Origin: a phage
Reading direction: 5' to 3' (one strand)
Assembly (NCBI GenBank): GCA_020279385.1
Contig: GCA_020279385.1_4762.1
Length of the DNA stretch: 64,000 bases
A model generated the notes under the pieces. The model was not told the origin of the DNA, did not search any database, and saw only the letters and a list, made by a program, of their open reading frames with translations. Shown piece after piece: positions 1-10,044 of the stretch. Numbering within the stretch: position 1 is the stretch's first letter; the number at the start of each line of letters is the position of its first letter. The position numbers were made by a program, and so were the translations under genes.

Positions 1-536
1 TGATTCTTAGTAACACCCGCCAAAAGTTCATCGGTCGCATACGGTTTAATGTGCTTCAATAACTTGTCCATATATCCCTTTTCATTAGCCAAATCGAGAT
101 AAAACCGGGCGTCATCCATATTTACACAATATGCTTTCGCCACTGCCATTAAAACCAATTTTTGGTCCAATTCTTCTGTTAGTTTAGCCCATTTACCGTA
201 TCGTTTCCCCTTAGAAATACTCTGTAAGAGATAATCAAAATGCATTTGATCTGGGAGGCCATGACCGATTAAATTCATCACATACGCGCTATATAGGCAA
301 TCTGCGTGCTGGGAAAGAGCGGTATTAATCCATCTCTGATTGTATGCAGAATTATTCCCAACATTCACGCGCTGTTTATCTAAGGTGATATGATCCATCA
401 GAGCAAATAATGCATTGTCGGTTTTCTCGGTGAATGTATCCGCTAATTCAGACACCTTTTCCCAATCACGAGAGCGCCATGCAATTTCATGCTCGTTTAA
501 TTGTGTATCATCTTCACCGAAAAATTGACCTAACAT
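1..536 (-). CDS. 62: Clamp-loader small subunit gp62, C-terminus cut by window edge
   Basis: RC translation from ATG at 536-534 gives MLGQFFGEDDTQLNEHEIAW...KRYGKWAKL, matching T4 gp62; start overlaps gp44 stop. Confidence 0.85.
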   Translation of the reverse strand, partial: MLGQFFGEDDTQLNEHEIAWRSRDWEKVSELADTFTEKTDNALFALMDHITLDKQRVNVGNNSAYNQRWINTALSQHADCLYSAYVMNLIGHGLPDQMHFDYLLQSISKGKRYGKWAKLTEELDQKLVLMAVAKAYCVNMDDARFYLDLANEKGYMDKLLKHIKPYATDELLAGVTKN

Positions 537-1525
537 TATACGAACTCCAATTCAACCATTAATTGCATTAACAAAAAGACAATGTGAATCTCTTTATCAG
601 CCGCGTGCGCAAACATCTGATTATTTTCACCGATAATCTCGGTCAGACGAATAATCGACGCTGGCTTAACTTGAGTATACAACTCATTATAAAGTTTCTT
701 GACAAATTGAGAGTATGTATTGGTATATCGCGGTGCAAGTTTACGCACATTAGCAAACTGTTTAGTTTTAAGTGCTTCCACCACTTCGGTTACTTCGGTA
801 TTGCTACTTTCGATAACCATGCTCAATACGCCAGCATCAATTTTACCATGTTTAGCGTAGCGGTCCAAAAGTTTCATTACGCGTCGGAAGTCGGGGAAGT
901 TCTGCTTAACCAATTCCGCTAATACGCGCATTTCTTCTACTGGCACACCTTCTTTATCAAGAATTGCTTTACACCGGACGATCATTTCTTTCATCATGCG
1001 AAGCTGATCATCTTTAGTCGGAGATCCAAACGTGATGGGGTCAAATCGAGATCGTAACGCTGGGATAATACCTTCTAGATCGTTTGCTGTGATAATGAAT
1101 GTCACGTTGTTTGAGTATGCCTCAGAGAAACTACGCAAGTGTCTTTGAGCGTCAGCCAACCCCGCTCGGTCATACTCATCGATAATAACAACTTTGCCTT
1201 TTTCTCTTTTTTCTTCATCGAGTGATACACTCTGCGCAAAGCGTGTAATCTCATCGCGGATAAAATCAATCTTACAATCTGCGCCGTTAACAAACAGATA
1301 ATCAACACCCACATCTTCGCAAAGCGCCTTAGCAACGGTTGTTTTACCAGTACCTGGCGATGGGCTATGCAGGATCATAGAAGGGATTCGGCCTTGCTTA
1401 ACAATCTGCGCGAAGATCTTTTTATCTGCTTCCGGCAGAATACATTCAGAAATTGATTTCGGACGGTATTTCTGTTCCCACTGAAACTCATTTTCATTAA
1501 CACTCAGCATATAATCACCTCTCAC
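536..1525 (-). CDS. 44: Clamp-loader ATPase gp44 (RFC-like AAA+)
   Basis: 329 aa; Walker A SPSPGTGKTT, DEYD Walker B, near-colinear with T4 gp44. Confidence 0.95.
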   Translation of the reverse strand: MRGDYMLSVNENEFQWEQKYRPKSISECILPEADKKIFAQIVKQGRIPSMILHSPSPGTGKTTVAKALCEDVGVDYLFVNGADCKIDFIRDEITRFAQSVSLDEEKREKGKVVIIDEYDRAGLADAQRHLRSFSEAYSNNVTFIITANDLEGIIPALRSRFDPITFGSPTKDDQLRMMKEMIVRCKAILDKEGVPVEEMRVLAELVKQNFPDFRRVMKLLDRYAKHGKIDAGVLSMVIESSNTEVTEVVEALKTKQFANVRKLAPRYTNTYSQFVKKLYNELYTQVKPASIIRLTEIIGENNQMFAHAADKEIHIVFLLMQLMVELEFV

Positions 1526-1575
1526 AAATTACATCATTAAAACGGGGAGTATTTACACTCCCCACAAACATTATA

Positions 1576-2262
1576 TTAGTCGGTGTAGCTGGAGTCAAGG
1601 TCACACGCGATCATATAAGATACGGTTTCACTTGCCAGCCATACAGCCTTACGGCGAGTGAAGCTCAGTTTGTAATCTCCGAAGTCCGTAGCAACCAGTT
1701 TCATGTTATCTTTACGAATAAAGAAATGGAAGTCGGCGGTTCCGGTATATTCGCCCATATCAAGACAAAACATCTCATTAGGATTATTTTTGTCAATCTC
1801 TTCCCAACCTTTGATCATCAGACGACCATCAATCGGTAGAAATTCAAGGCGATCCACTTTAAGCTGATTGCTCATTTTCATAAGCTGTTTCAGATCGTCG
1901 TTGCTCAGTTCGTAATCTACATCGCTTGCCGGTGGAGTAACTCGGCCTTTCGGTGATACGATAGCAGCAGCACTAGCACCAGGATAATTAATTTTCAGAC
2001 GATCATTAGACACACGAATGTTACCAGTGCGGTTATCAACCGTAATATCTGCTTCATCGCCTACCAGATTCAGAATACCCAAGAAAGAGTTAAGATCATA
2101 GATCCCAATTTCGTGTTCCAGTTCTTGATTCAGAGTCGCTTCACCATATACAACGTTTGTCATGTTTTTGGTGATCAGGACGTTTCCTTTTTTCAGGATG
2201 ATACCTGGGTTAATAGCGGAAAAGTTTTTCAGGGTAGCAATGGTTTCTTTAGTCAGTTTCAT
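1576..2262 (-). CDS. 45: Sliding clamp gp45
   Basis: MKLTKETIATLKNFSAINPGI... matches T4 gp45 (MKLSKDTTALLKNF...); ATG at 2262, ORF-track start is a TTG one codon upstream. Confidence 0.95.
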   Translation of the reverse strand: MKLTKETIATLKNFSAINPGIILKKGNVLITKNMTNVVYGEATLNQELEHEIGIYDLNSFLGILNLVGDEADITVDNRTGNIRVSNDRLKINYPGASAAAIVSPKGRVTPPASDVDYELSNDDLKQLMKMSNQLKVDRLEFLPIDGRLMIKGWEEIDKNNPNEMFCLDMGEYTGTADFHFFIRKDNMKLVATDFGDYKLSFTRRKAVWLASETVSYMIACDLDSSYTD

Positions 2263-2292
2263 CAAATCACCTTTATCATGTTAATCAATTAA

Positions 2293-2691
2293 TTACGGGT
2301 TTACTTCGTGCTCATTTTGAATCTTTAGCATTCTTTCGATAAATTTTTTCTCGGCTTCCTTATCGGATGAGTGAGTATACTTCAATCCAATGTAAGCTGT
2401 CAAGTATTGTTGCAGAGCATAGACAGTAACAGGATTCTTTGCGGTCTTTTTTCCGTCGAGATATACCAGATCACCACGAACATCAAACGCAAGTTTACGA
2501 CGAATCACATCATCAACAAATTTATCTAGGACAAAATACCACTCAATACACTCTATCCCGTGACGGTAGTTCATTACATCATTATCTTTGATATAGTCAA
2601 ACGGAATATGACATAATTTACTATTTTGTAGGATGAATAGCATTTGTTCTTTTAAGCTCATACGTTTCATTCTATCACTTCCCATCAGCAA
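2293..2691 (-). CDS. rpbA: RpbA-like RNA polymerase-binding protein (by position and size)
   Basis: 132-aa ORF immediately upstream of gene 45 as in T4; start uncertain. Confidence 0.5.
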   Translation of the reverse strand: MLMGSDRMKRMSLKEQMLFILQNSKLCHIPFDYIKDNDVMNYRHGIECIEWYFVLDKFVDDVIRRKLAFDVRGDLVYLDGKKTAKNPVTVYALQQYLTAYIGLKYTHSSDKEAEKKFIERMLKIQNEHEVNP

Positions 2692-3067
2692 TTGCGATCA
2701 GACGAGTTACTACTACGCTAGCGGCTTCAATCAGCAGTTCATCAGTGTCAATCTGATAACCCTTTTCGAGAATATCTTTACCTCGAATAGTTTTAGCGCC
2801 TTTAGCAATTGAATCATCGTAATACTTGCGCATTGCCGCGATCCATTCTTTTTGCACCATATCATCAATATGCGCGTACAGTTCAAAGCGTGCTTGCTGC
2901 GGGATAACCTTCATTTTAGCTTTCTCGCTTTCCGGCATTTGTAGTACCCACGCTTTACGGATCTTGTTCATTGCTCGGTCAAATTCGAGACTGGTTTTCT
3001 TGTTCTGAATGTCTGCTACAGTAATTTTAGCCAGGTTTGCGGAAGTAGTCATAATATTAATCTCCAA
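2675..3067 (-). CDS. Hypothetical early protein (gene 45.2 position)
   Basis: 130-aa ORF in 46-45 interval. Confidence 0.5.
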   Translation of the reverse strand: MEINIMTTSANLAKITVADIQNKKTSLEFDRAMNKIRKAWVLQMPESEKAKMKVIPQQARFELYAHIDDMVQKEWIAAMRKYYDDSIAKGAKTIRGKDILEKGYQIDTDELLIEAASVVVTRLIAIADGK

Positions 3068-3082
3068 AATAAAATCAGTATA

Positions 3083-3313
3083 TCACGTTCTAAAGTTTGT
3101 TGCAACCCCAGCATCAGGGTAATCGAGTTTATCAAAGTTGGGGACCAGCATAAACTCATGATGACGACAAGACAACATTTTTGTTATGTCTGCATCGCTG
3201 TATATGCTGTTTTTCATATCCCCCATACTAACTACATATTCTTCACCGGAATATAGATTGATTAAGGTATACAATTCTAACTCCGGCTGCGTTACTCTAT
3301 CAAATGTTAACAT
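3083..3313 (-). CDS. Hypothetical protein
   Basis: 76-aa ORF between gene 46 and 45.2-like. Confidence 0.4.
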   Translation of the reverse strand: MLTFDRVTQPELELYTLINLYSGEEYVVSMGDMKNSIYSDADITKMLSCRHHEFMLVPNFDKLDYPDAGVATNFRT

Positions 3314-4982
3314 TCATTTCAGTGAATCGCCCACGTTTAACCATCTTGAGATGACGGCTAAAATCATCAGGGTTATGGTCACGATGGCTGATAATATACA
3401 CGTTATCATCTAACTTGTCAATGATGGAATCAAGTGCTTTTACGCCCTGAACGTCCGTAGCCCCATCATAAATTTCGTCGAGTACCAACAAAGAAATATT
3501 AGTACCAGATACTTTACCAGCAACATCACGCCATGTAAAGAGCATCGCAAGGTCAATACGTGCCTTTTCGCCTTGACTGAATGATGTATACGAAAACGAT
3601 TCACGCCCCCGTGATTTGATTGTTTCGTTAAACTCTTCATCTAGCGTAAAGATATAATCCGCTTCCATGATATCAAGATAATACGCAATCCGATCATTGA
3701 AATATGGAATATATTTCTTGACGATAGACGCCTTAACACCGGAATCCTTCAACATTTCTGTTACAAATCCACGATGATATTTTTCAAGAACTAGCTTTGA
3801 TTTTTCATTAGTAATCTCTACCAGTTCGTGTTCCAGTTTAGCAAGTTCTTCGGAATTGTCAACCCTTTCTTTTTGCAATTCTTGCATTGCTTTCTGGATC
3901 TGTTTAGCCCGGCCTACAGATGCCGTTAAATTCGCTCTCTGTGACTCTATAGCGCGTTTAATTTCCAAGACCTTAGTTTGTGCTGTCTGGAAAGAATTGG
4001 CCTTCTCCGCGTATTCTACGCGTTTCTCGTCAATCAGAGACAGTTTATGTTCTGCTTGTGCTTTTTGTTCGCGTACAGCTTGATCATTACCCTGAATGAT
4101 CGGTTGTGTGCACGTAGGACAGATCCCGCCTTTCTCGTGCATATGGATAACACGGTCAAAGTTCTGGATCTGCGCACCAATCTGTGCGATAGCAGTATTA
4201 ATTTTAGCCAATGCCGCGCTAGGATCTTCCGGCATAACAACAGCCAATAGCTCATCGGTCAAGCGCGTTTCTTCGGCTTTAAATGCTTTAGCCGATTCTA
4301 CCTCTTTATCATACATATTCTGCAAACGCTGTAGATTCTCGGCACTAGCCTTGCTCGCGTCCTCTATGTACTTTTTATGAGTGTTGATTTGTTGCTGAAC
4401 GTGATTAGCTTTCATTTCCTGCATTTGGATATTCTGGGTAATCTCGCGCACATACGCTTTATTCAGTTTATCCATTTCGCCTAGCGTAGCAATATCAAGC
4501 AAATCCTCGACCAGTTTACGGCGACCCGCTGCCGGAAGACTCATAAACGGAACATAACCAGCAGTGCCTAAAACAACGATCTGTTTAAAGCTGGCTAGGT
4601 TCATTCCTATGATACCTTCAAAATATTCCTGAAAGTCTTTGGTGCTTGCGCTCTCGTCGATCTTTTGACCGTCGCGATGCACTTCGAATACTTCCGGTTT
4701 TTGACCACGTTTGATATAAAACTCTTTCCCGTCCAGTTCAAACCAGACTTCGACTAACAGTTTCTTTTTGTTGACGCTGTTAATCAATTGGCCTTTCTTG
4801 ATACTACGAAACGGTTTACCGAACAACACAAAGCAAAGCGCCTCGATCATTGTTGATTTACCAGCACCGTTAACACCAGTGATTAGTGTCTTTTTGAATC
4901 CGTCTAGCTGAATCTCTACAGGTTCAGCACCCACGCTCATTATATTTTGATAGCGCAAGGTTTTAAAATTTAACTTTGCCAT
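3300..4982 (-). CDS. 46: Recombination endonuclease subunit gp46 (SbcC/Rad50-like ATPase)
   Basis: 560 aa, N-terminal P-loop GVNGAGKST, coiled-coil middle with CPTC zinc hook, C-terminal LLVLDE signature. Confidence 0.95.
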   Translation of the reverse strand: MAKLNFKTLRYQNIMSVGAEPVEIQLDGFKKTLITGVNGAGKSTMIEALCFVLFGKPFRSIKKGQLINSVNKKKLLVEVWFELDGKEFYIKRGQKPEVFEVHRDGQKIDESASTKDFQEYFEGIIGMNLASFKQIVVLGTAGYVPFMSLPAAGRRKLVEDLLDIATLGEMDKLNKAYVREITQNIQMQEMKANHVQQQINTHKKYIEDASKASAENLQRLQNMYDKEVESAKAFKAEETRLTDELLAVVMPEDPSAALAKINTAIAQIGAQIQNFDRVIHMHEKGGICPTCTQPIIQGNDQAVREQKAQAEHKLSLIDEKRVEYAEKANSFQTAQTKVLEIKRAIESQRANLTASVGRAKQIQKAMQELQKERVDNSEELAKLEHELVEITNEKSKLVLEKYHRGFVTEMLKDSGVKASIVKKYIPYFNDRIAYYLDIMEADYIFTLDEEFNETIKSRGRESFSYTSFSQGEKARIDLAMLFTWRDVAGKVSGTNISLLVLDEIYDGATDVQGVKALDSIIDKLDDNVYIISHRDHNPDDFSRHLKMVKRGRFTEMNVNI

Positions 4983-5226
4983 TAATCCACTCCGCGATCA
5001 CACATTCCATAATATTAAATGCTAACACATCTTCATCAATGTTGTAAACACTTGCCGCCTTCACTTTAACTAGTGTGTCTCTGCGATCTGGCAACATGAT
5101 CACATAATCCAGTGTCGCCGGATCATATGTCATAAAGGGATCAATGTAAATCCCTTTATTCAATGCCAGATATTCGCGAAGACCTTCTATAACCCTGTGT
5201 CTAAGGTAGGTCATCGATAGAATCAT
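4963..5226 (-). CDS. Hypothetical protein
   Basis: 87-aa ORF in 47-46 interval. Confidence 0.45.
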   Translation of the reverse strand: MILSMTYLRHRVIEGLREYLALNKGIYIDPFMTYDPATLDYVIMLPDRRDTLVKVKAASVYNIDEDVLAFNIMECVIAEWINGKVKF

Positions 5227-5783
5227 TTTAGTTTATGTTCCTCTAAAAATTCTTCAATTTCACCTTGCAGGTCTTCCGCTTGTTGTTCCAGAATATCACG
5301 AAATTCACCTACAGTCAAGCGGTGATCACATTTCACCAGTCGATGCGGGAGAATATATCCCTTGTACATTGTCTCTGACGCTTCCAGGAATACACCGCTA
5401 TGCATGACAGAGATCCAACCTGTTAGCGTCAACGGAGTATTCGGAAAATAATATTTGCTGGATTGTTTCCACTGGACGAAAGCACCATATACAATCGGAT
5501 TATATTCACCAACCACACTCCTAATAATGGATTCTACTTTGTCTTTTACAAAGTCGCCAATGTCCATAGTTATCATCAACTCTTTTGGATGAATGATTTT
5601 AAGGTAACGACGGTAGCCGTCATCATACCACATCTTAACAACTGACCGTTCAATATTCGCTTTCAGATAGCCATAGATCGGATTCTTGTAATATGATTGT
5701 TTTAGTGTGTATGTGTGCACCAATTTAATAAAATGTTCCATTACCAGCAAATCAGAATCAGCCGCGACCATAGTCGTATTCAT
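5223..5783 (-). CDS. Hypothetical protein
   Basis: ORF with start reset to ATG 5783 preceded by GAGGAACATATT (recurrent RBS context). Confidence 0.55.
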   Translation of the reverse strand: MNTTMVAADSDLLVMEHFIKLVHTYTLKQSYYKNPIYGYLKANIERSVVKMWYDDGYRRYLKIIHPKELMITMDIGDFVKDKVESIIRSVVGEYNPIVYGAFVQWKQSSKYYFPNTPLTLTGWISVMHSGVFLEASETMYKGYILPHRLVKCDHRLTVGEFRDILEQQAEDLQGEIEEFLEEHKLK

Positions 5784-6075
5784 AATATGTTCCTCGTTCA
5801 ATCTCATATTGTTTCAGGTCTTCTAAAAGTTCATCCACTGCTTGTTTCAGCACATGACGCAGCGTAAAGTAATAACTTTCATCAAATTCTATTTCCGCGC
5901 GAGGAATAGAGCGAAACTTACACTTAACAGTAGTATCGGTGAGTCGCTTTTCGACCATCATCCGAACTTCTTCATGCTCTTTGGAATACCATACATCAAC
6001 GGAGATCCCCTTGCGTCGAGCAAACATAGGCAACGCTGCATTAAATTCCATTACTTTTTGTGCAAGTGTTTTCAT
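5758..6075 (-). CDS. Hypothetical protein
   Basis: 105-aa ORF. Confidence 0.5.
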   Translation of the reverse strand: MKTLAQKVMEFNAALPMFARRKGISVDVWYSKEHEEVRMMVEKRLTDTTVKCKFRSIPRAEIEFDESYYFTLRHVLKQAVDELLEDLKQYEIERGTYYEYDYGRG

Positions 6076-6335
6076 CGTACAGACCCCATAGATCCACGCG
6101 CAATAACATTCTGGGTAATATCAGCAACCTTACGAGATACGATGTTTGTTAGCCCCTCTTTGGTGATATTTTCACGATCAAATGGGATTTCGTCATGAGT
6201 CCACAAACCATAGTTAGACCGAAATGATAGCATATACTGACCATCTCGCACAACCTCAAATACATGGATCTTAGTGAATTTCGATAAACCTTCGTTGATT
6301 TCTTTCAGTGCATTAGTAATCATAACAACCTCCAA
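6072..6335 (-). CDS. Hypothetical protein
   Basis: 87-aa ORF downstream of early promoter at 6349-6377. Confidence 0.5.
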   Translation of the reverse strand: MEVVMITNALKEINEGLSKFTKIHVFEVVRDGQYMLSFRSNYGLWTHDEIPFDRENITKEGLTNIVSRKVADITQNVIARGSMGSVR

Positions 6336-6348
6336 TCAATTTTTAGAG

Positions 6349-6377
6349 AGTATAACGGGGATTTCTCCCCGCGTCAA
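6349..6377 (-). promoter_or_regulatory. Early promoter TTGACG-[CGGGGAGAAATCCCCGT]-TATACT (palindromic spacer)
   Basis: Read on minus strand; overlaps gene 47 stop. Confidence 0.5.
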
Positions 6378-7403
6378 CTAACTTTTTGCGTTATTTACTT
6401 CGGCTAAAAGTTCATCAGAAATACGCTTGACCGCCGCAAGTTCTTCCGGTTCTAGGTTTTGTTCTTCCAGATATTCATAGACCATCTGAATAGTGCTTTT
6501 AACTTCAATAACACCTGTTTCCTGTGATGCGCTACTCTCCAGTTTATGGACCACTTTTAGCTTGTGTACAACGGCCTCTAACGCGCTTTCTAACTTAGTT
6601 AATCCATTATCAGCGACCGTTGCGATAAGACGCACACTAAGCCCTTTAAAGCGTTCTACATCGATTTTATCATCTGACGGGTAAGTGATACGCACATGAT
6701 AAGTTTTGTCATTCTGAATAAACTCTTTTTTGTGTGTATCGGTATCGAATACCCAAAACCCACGCGGATCGTTTTCGTCACCCGCCGTTAGTGTGTATGG
6801 TGCACCAATATACGTTACGTTACCGCCATCACTGATAGTATGAAAGTGACCCGAAAACACTTCACGGTATTTCTTGAGGAAGTCCGCGCTATAACCTTCG
6901 GATTTTAGCCCTTTATAGAAATAGTAACCGGACAATTCCCAATGGCCTACACAATATTCGCTGAATGAGTTTTGAATAAACTCTAAAATCTCTGATTTAT
7001 TGTCATCACAAAACCACGGGAACAGATCAAATGATACACCATCAAAGGTAACTGTTTCAGGTTTATCAATGACCTTAATGCAATCATACTGGCTTAACAC
7101 TTCACGCGGTGCGTTAGGCTGGATCTTGTTTCGTTTAAACATATCATGATTCCCGACCGTGGTATAACAAGTAATATCAGCCTCTTCCAGTAACGGGATG
7201 ACCTTAGTACGGTTAAATTTCATGGTTTCATGGGTAATTGCTTTTCGGCAATCAAACCAATCCCCTGTTTGAATCCATGTCTTAATATTATGCTCTTTGG
7301 AGTATTCAACCGCTTTCTTGATGGTATCAAGAATATACTCATGCACCCACGGATCATCGCCACCGATACCAGTATGCAGATCACCTAAAAGCAAAATTTT
7401 CAT
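6378..7403 (-). CDS. 47: Recombination nuclease subunit gp47 (SbcD/Mre11-like phosphoesterase)
   Basis: 341 aa, MKILLLGDLH...GNHD metallophosphatase motifs. Confidence 0.95.
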   Translation of the reverse strand: MKILLLGDLHTGIGGDDPWVHEYILDTIKKAVEYSKEHNIKTWIQTGDWFDCRKAITHETMKFNRTKVIPLLEEADITCYTTVGNHDMFKRNKIQPNAPREVLSQYDCIKVIDKPETVTFDGVSFDLFPWFCDDNKSEILEFIQNSFSEYCVGHWELSGYYFYKGLKSEGYSADFLKKYREVFSGHFHTISDGGNVTYIGAPYTLTAGDENDPRGFWVFDTDTHKKEFIQNDKTYHVRITYPSDDKIDVERFKGLSVRLIATVADNGLTKLESALEAVVHKLKVVHKLESSASQETGVIEVKSTIQMVYEYLEEQNLEPEELAAVKRISDELLAEVNNAKS

Positions 7404-7448
7404 AGTCTCTTCCTCTCTTCGTTTTCGATGCTCTCACTATATCACAGA

Positions 7449-7473
7449 AAAATAAAAAGGGAAACCCCTTTCA
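7449..7473 (-). terminator. Putative intrinsic terminator
   Basis: AAAGGG-GTTT-CCCTTT hairpin followed by U-rich tract on minus strand. Confidence 0.4.
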
Positions 7474-7494
7474 GAGTCTCCCTTATAAAAGCCA

Positions 7495-7782
7495 TTACAG
7501 CATACTTAATACCGTTTGCCGTGTACTGACCCACATAGCAGAAAGCAGTTCTGGCGTGTGTGGCTGTTTGTAGATATCACGTAATTTTCCGATAGCGTAG
7601 ATATACGCATCACGGTTATCATCGATGATAGCTTGTTCAGCCCACCGCTTAAGGCGTGCAATCTCTCGCGAGTTCTTACGCAAGATCTTTTCCGCTTTCT
7701 TAGCGGCTTTAGCCTCTAGTTCTGCTTGTACTTTGTCTACTTCATTCACTGCAATCTGGTCATGCTGTTCATTGCAAGTCAT
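7495..7782 (-). CDS. Hypothetical protein
   Basis: 95-aa ORF between genes 55 and 47. Confidence 0.5.
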   Translation of the reverse strand: MTCNEQHDQIAVNEVDKVQAELEAKAAKKAEKILRKNSREIARLKRWAEQAIIDDNRDAYIYAIGKLRDIYKQPHTPELLSAMWVSTRQTVLSML

Positions 7783-7783
7783 A

Positions 7784-8017
7784 TTATTTTACCTCTGGGA
7801 TATAATCAATTATTAAAGAAAATTCATCTTCTGATACATTATAGCTATGTGAGATTGTACCCGTCAAGACCTCAAGATCCGGTGATTTGATATTGCACGG
7901 ATCGATAATCACCGGAACGCCGCAATCTCTCAAAAATAATTTGGCGAAATACGGCACGAGGTCAGTTTCAAACTCTGCTTCTTCCAGCAAACGGGAAATG
8001 TTAATTTTCAATCTCAT
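7784..8017 (-). CDS. Hypothetical protein
   Basis: 77-aa ORF between genes 55 and 47. Confidence 0.45.
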   Translation of the reverse strand: MRLKINISRLLEEAEFETDLVPYFAKLFLRDCGVPVIIDPCNIKSPDLEVLTGTISHSYNVSEDEFSLIIDYIPEVK

Positions 8018-8534
8018 AAAATTGGTCCAGGCTAGGCAATTCCTCAGTCAATACATCTTCAACCTTTGGCGCTTTCGGTTTATTGACCGATTCCTCGTAG
8101 TTGTTGATTTTATCGTAAATGTCCTGTATGAATGCCTCATCAGCAATCTGGCACATATCAGCGTCGCGTTCGTCATATACATGATGCACAAAATATTTGT
8201 ATTTTGCGGCTGTCGCTGTTCTCTCTTTTTTAATGCGCTGTACAAAAGCATTAAAGCACGCTTGCGTGATGTAAGCATGAGGATTTTTATACTTTGTCTC
8301 GTCAAAATTAATCAAACCCTTGACCGCCGCTTCGATTCCGTCGTCGATCATTTCTTCGCGCCATGTTTGACTATAACCAGAAAAGTTAAAACGACGTGAT
8401 AGATTTTTAGAGATTTGCATAATTGCTAGGCCGATTTGATCGCTCATTGGAACTTGCCGACCTTCTGCTGCAATTTGTTGTTTCCAACGGCAAATTTCTT
8501 CGTAAAGCTCTTTATTGTTTACATAATCAGACAC
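8001..8534 (-). CDS. 55: Late-transcription sigma factor gp55
   Basis: YVNNKEL...[49 protein letters not shown] nearly identical to T4 gp55 blocks. Confidence 0.95.
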   Translation of the reverse strand: MSDYVNNKELYEEICRWKQQIAAEGRQVPMSDQIGLAIMQISKNLSRRFNFSGYSQTWREEMIDDGIEAAVKGLINFDETKYKNPHAYITQACFNAFVQRIKKERTATAAKYKYFVHHVYDERDADMCQIADEAFIQDIYDKINNYEESVNKPKAPKVEDVLTEELPSLDQFYEIEN

Positions 8535-8574
8535 TTCGCACCCTCGCTATTATTTAGGAAATAACCCTTTCGGG

Positions 8575-10044
8575 CTATTCCCCATTGCCATTATACTTTC
8601 TTTGCTTAGTTATCCACACTCTAACCATCTCTACTGATTCACCGTCAGACGGATCAAGAGTTTTTCCTTTTTTCTTCATGCGGTACTTAAATCCGTTAAA
8701 TCTTGCATTCTCTTGCTCGTTAAAGTCGAACATCTTTTTAAATGATTTTCGCCCTTTACGCTCACCGCATTCTAGCGGAATCATTCGGTCTGTTATTACA
8801 TTGGCATCAGGTAGAAACGTTTTTAGATAATCTACCAACGCCCAATCAGGAACATATAGATTAACATTCTCCTTGCTCTCGTTGTCTCTCAGGTTACAAC
8901 GCAAACATAATTGAAATGCTGGTTCCAGATAATCAGACACATGACGCGCTTTCAAAAACTCGTTTGTTGGGAGATCGCAACTATTAGCAAGACCTTTTAA
9001 AATATCAATCTCCCATCGTTGAGGGTTAAAGCTGAACATCACAGCAACATTTTTATGATGAATGTAAGAGTTAAGACCATAAGATCCGTAAGGTATCCGC
9101 TCACCAATACCATTTGTGCACGCTTCTCGGTCCCGATTAACGGTATAAATGAAGTCATCGCCACATTCATTTTTAACCATATCAACAAGACGTTCAAAGG
9201 TATTGTTTGTTTCTGACTGGTGACGCGACCAGCGTTCGGAGTCAGTCATAAGGATGATGTTAACTCTATCTGTATTTTTATACTCTTTGAAATATAGTCT
9301 GGATTCTAGCGCACTCGGAACAAAATCGCAATTTGCATAGTATCGTAGATACTTCCCGCTATATGTATCAAAGAGATTTGCACATGCTATCGTAACCTTT
9401 TTAAAGTCTCCCCACGTACCGTGTTTGTTATCGTTCAAGAAAACAATTTTCGACCCATTCTTCCGGTGTCCTTCGTTATGTTTTACCATAACGTTGATTT
9501 TCTTCTCTAATAACGCCTCATAAAGCCCTCTAAGAGAAGAATCGATCATATCAGTACCATCCTTTGCACTTTCTATCTTTTCTTTGATAGCGGCCTTCTC
9601 AGAGTCTTTTAGAACTAAGTTCTGTAGGCATTCCGATTCGTCGGCGATTGGTTCGCAATGCTTCGTGATAAGTTCAAGATTAGACTTAAACGGATACTCA
9701 TTAAATTCAACCAGTTGAGGAACTTCATCAATGTAAAGAGCATAATCACCAAACATTTTTGAACGTTCCATATTAGATAACGCTGTATGTGTAATGAATA
9801 TCACATCAGCACCGTCTTTAACTGATTGCATTATCGACGCTTGCACTGTCTTAAGGCTTCTTAGTCTGGTGCTATCAATCAAGACAGCACGACCGCCCAT
9901 TCTTTTAAACTTATTGTAAGATTGTTCACTTAAAACACGAGATGGCGAAGCAATAACCGCTTTTTCTTTTGTCTCTAGGACGTGGGAAAGTATAGCATCA
10001 GTTTTCCCCGCCGCTGGCAATGCGATTAATGTTTCAATCTTCAT
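8575..10044 (-). CDS. P-loop NTPase of unknown family (helicase/nuclease-like?)
   Basis: 489 aa; Walker A LPAAGKTD at residues 9-16, Walker B YIDEVP about residue 110; no T4 counterpart recognised. Confidence 0.75.
   Translation of the reverse strand: MKIETLIALPAAGKTDAILSHVLETKEKAVIASPSRVLSEQSYNKFKRMGGRAVLIDSTRLRSLKTVQASIMQSVKDGADVIFITHTALSNMERSKMFGDYALYIDEVPQLVEFNEYPFKSNLELITKHCEPIADESECLQNLVLKDSEKAAIKEKIESAKDGTDMIDSSLRGLYEALLEKKINVMVKHNEGHRKNGSKIVFLNDNKHGTWGDFKKVTIACANLFDTYSGKYLRYYANCDFVPSALESRLYFKEYKNTDRVNIILMTDSERWSRHQSETNNTFERLVDMVKNECGDDFIYTVNRDREACTNGIGERIPYGSYGLNSYIHHKNVAVMFSFNPQRWEIDILKGLANSCDLPTNEFLKARHVSDYLEPAFQLCLRCNLRDNESKENVNLYVPDWALVDYLKTFLPDANVITDRMIPLECGERKGRKSFKKMFDFNEQENARFNGFKYRMKKKGKTLDPSDGESVEMVRVWITKQRKYNGNGE

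Noticed and set aside
584-922. Plus-strand 112-aa ORF inside gene 44
   Set aside because: Antisense to a strongly conserved gene (gp44) with no start signals; typical spurious ORF.
1102-1335. Nested 77-aa minus-strand ORF within gene 44
   Set aside because: Alternative frame inside a conserved gene, no RBS.
7887-8399. Plus-strand 170-aa ORF
   Set aside because: Antisense to gene 55 and neighbouring ORFs; low-complexity translation.
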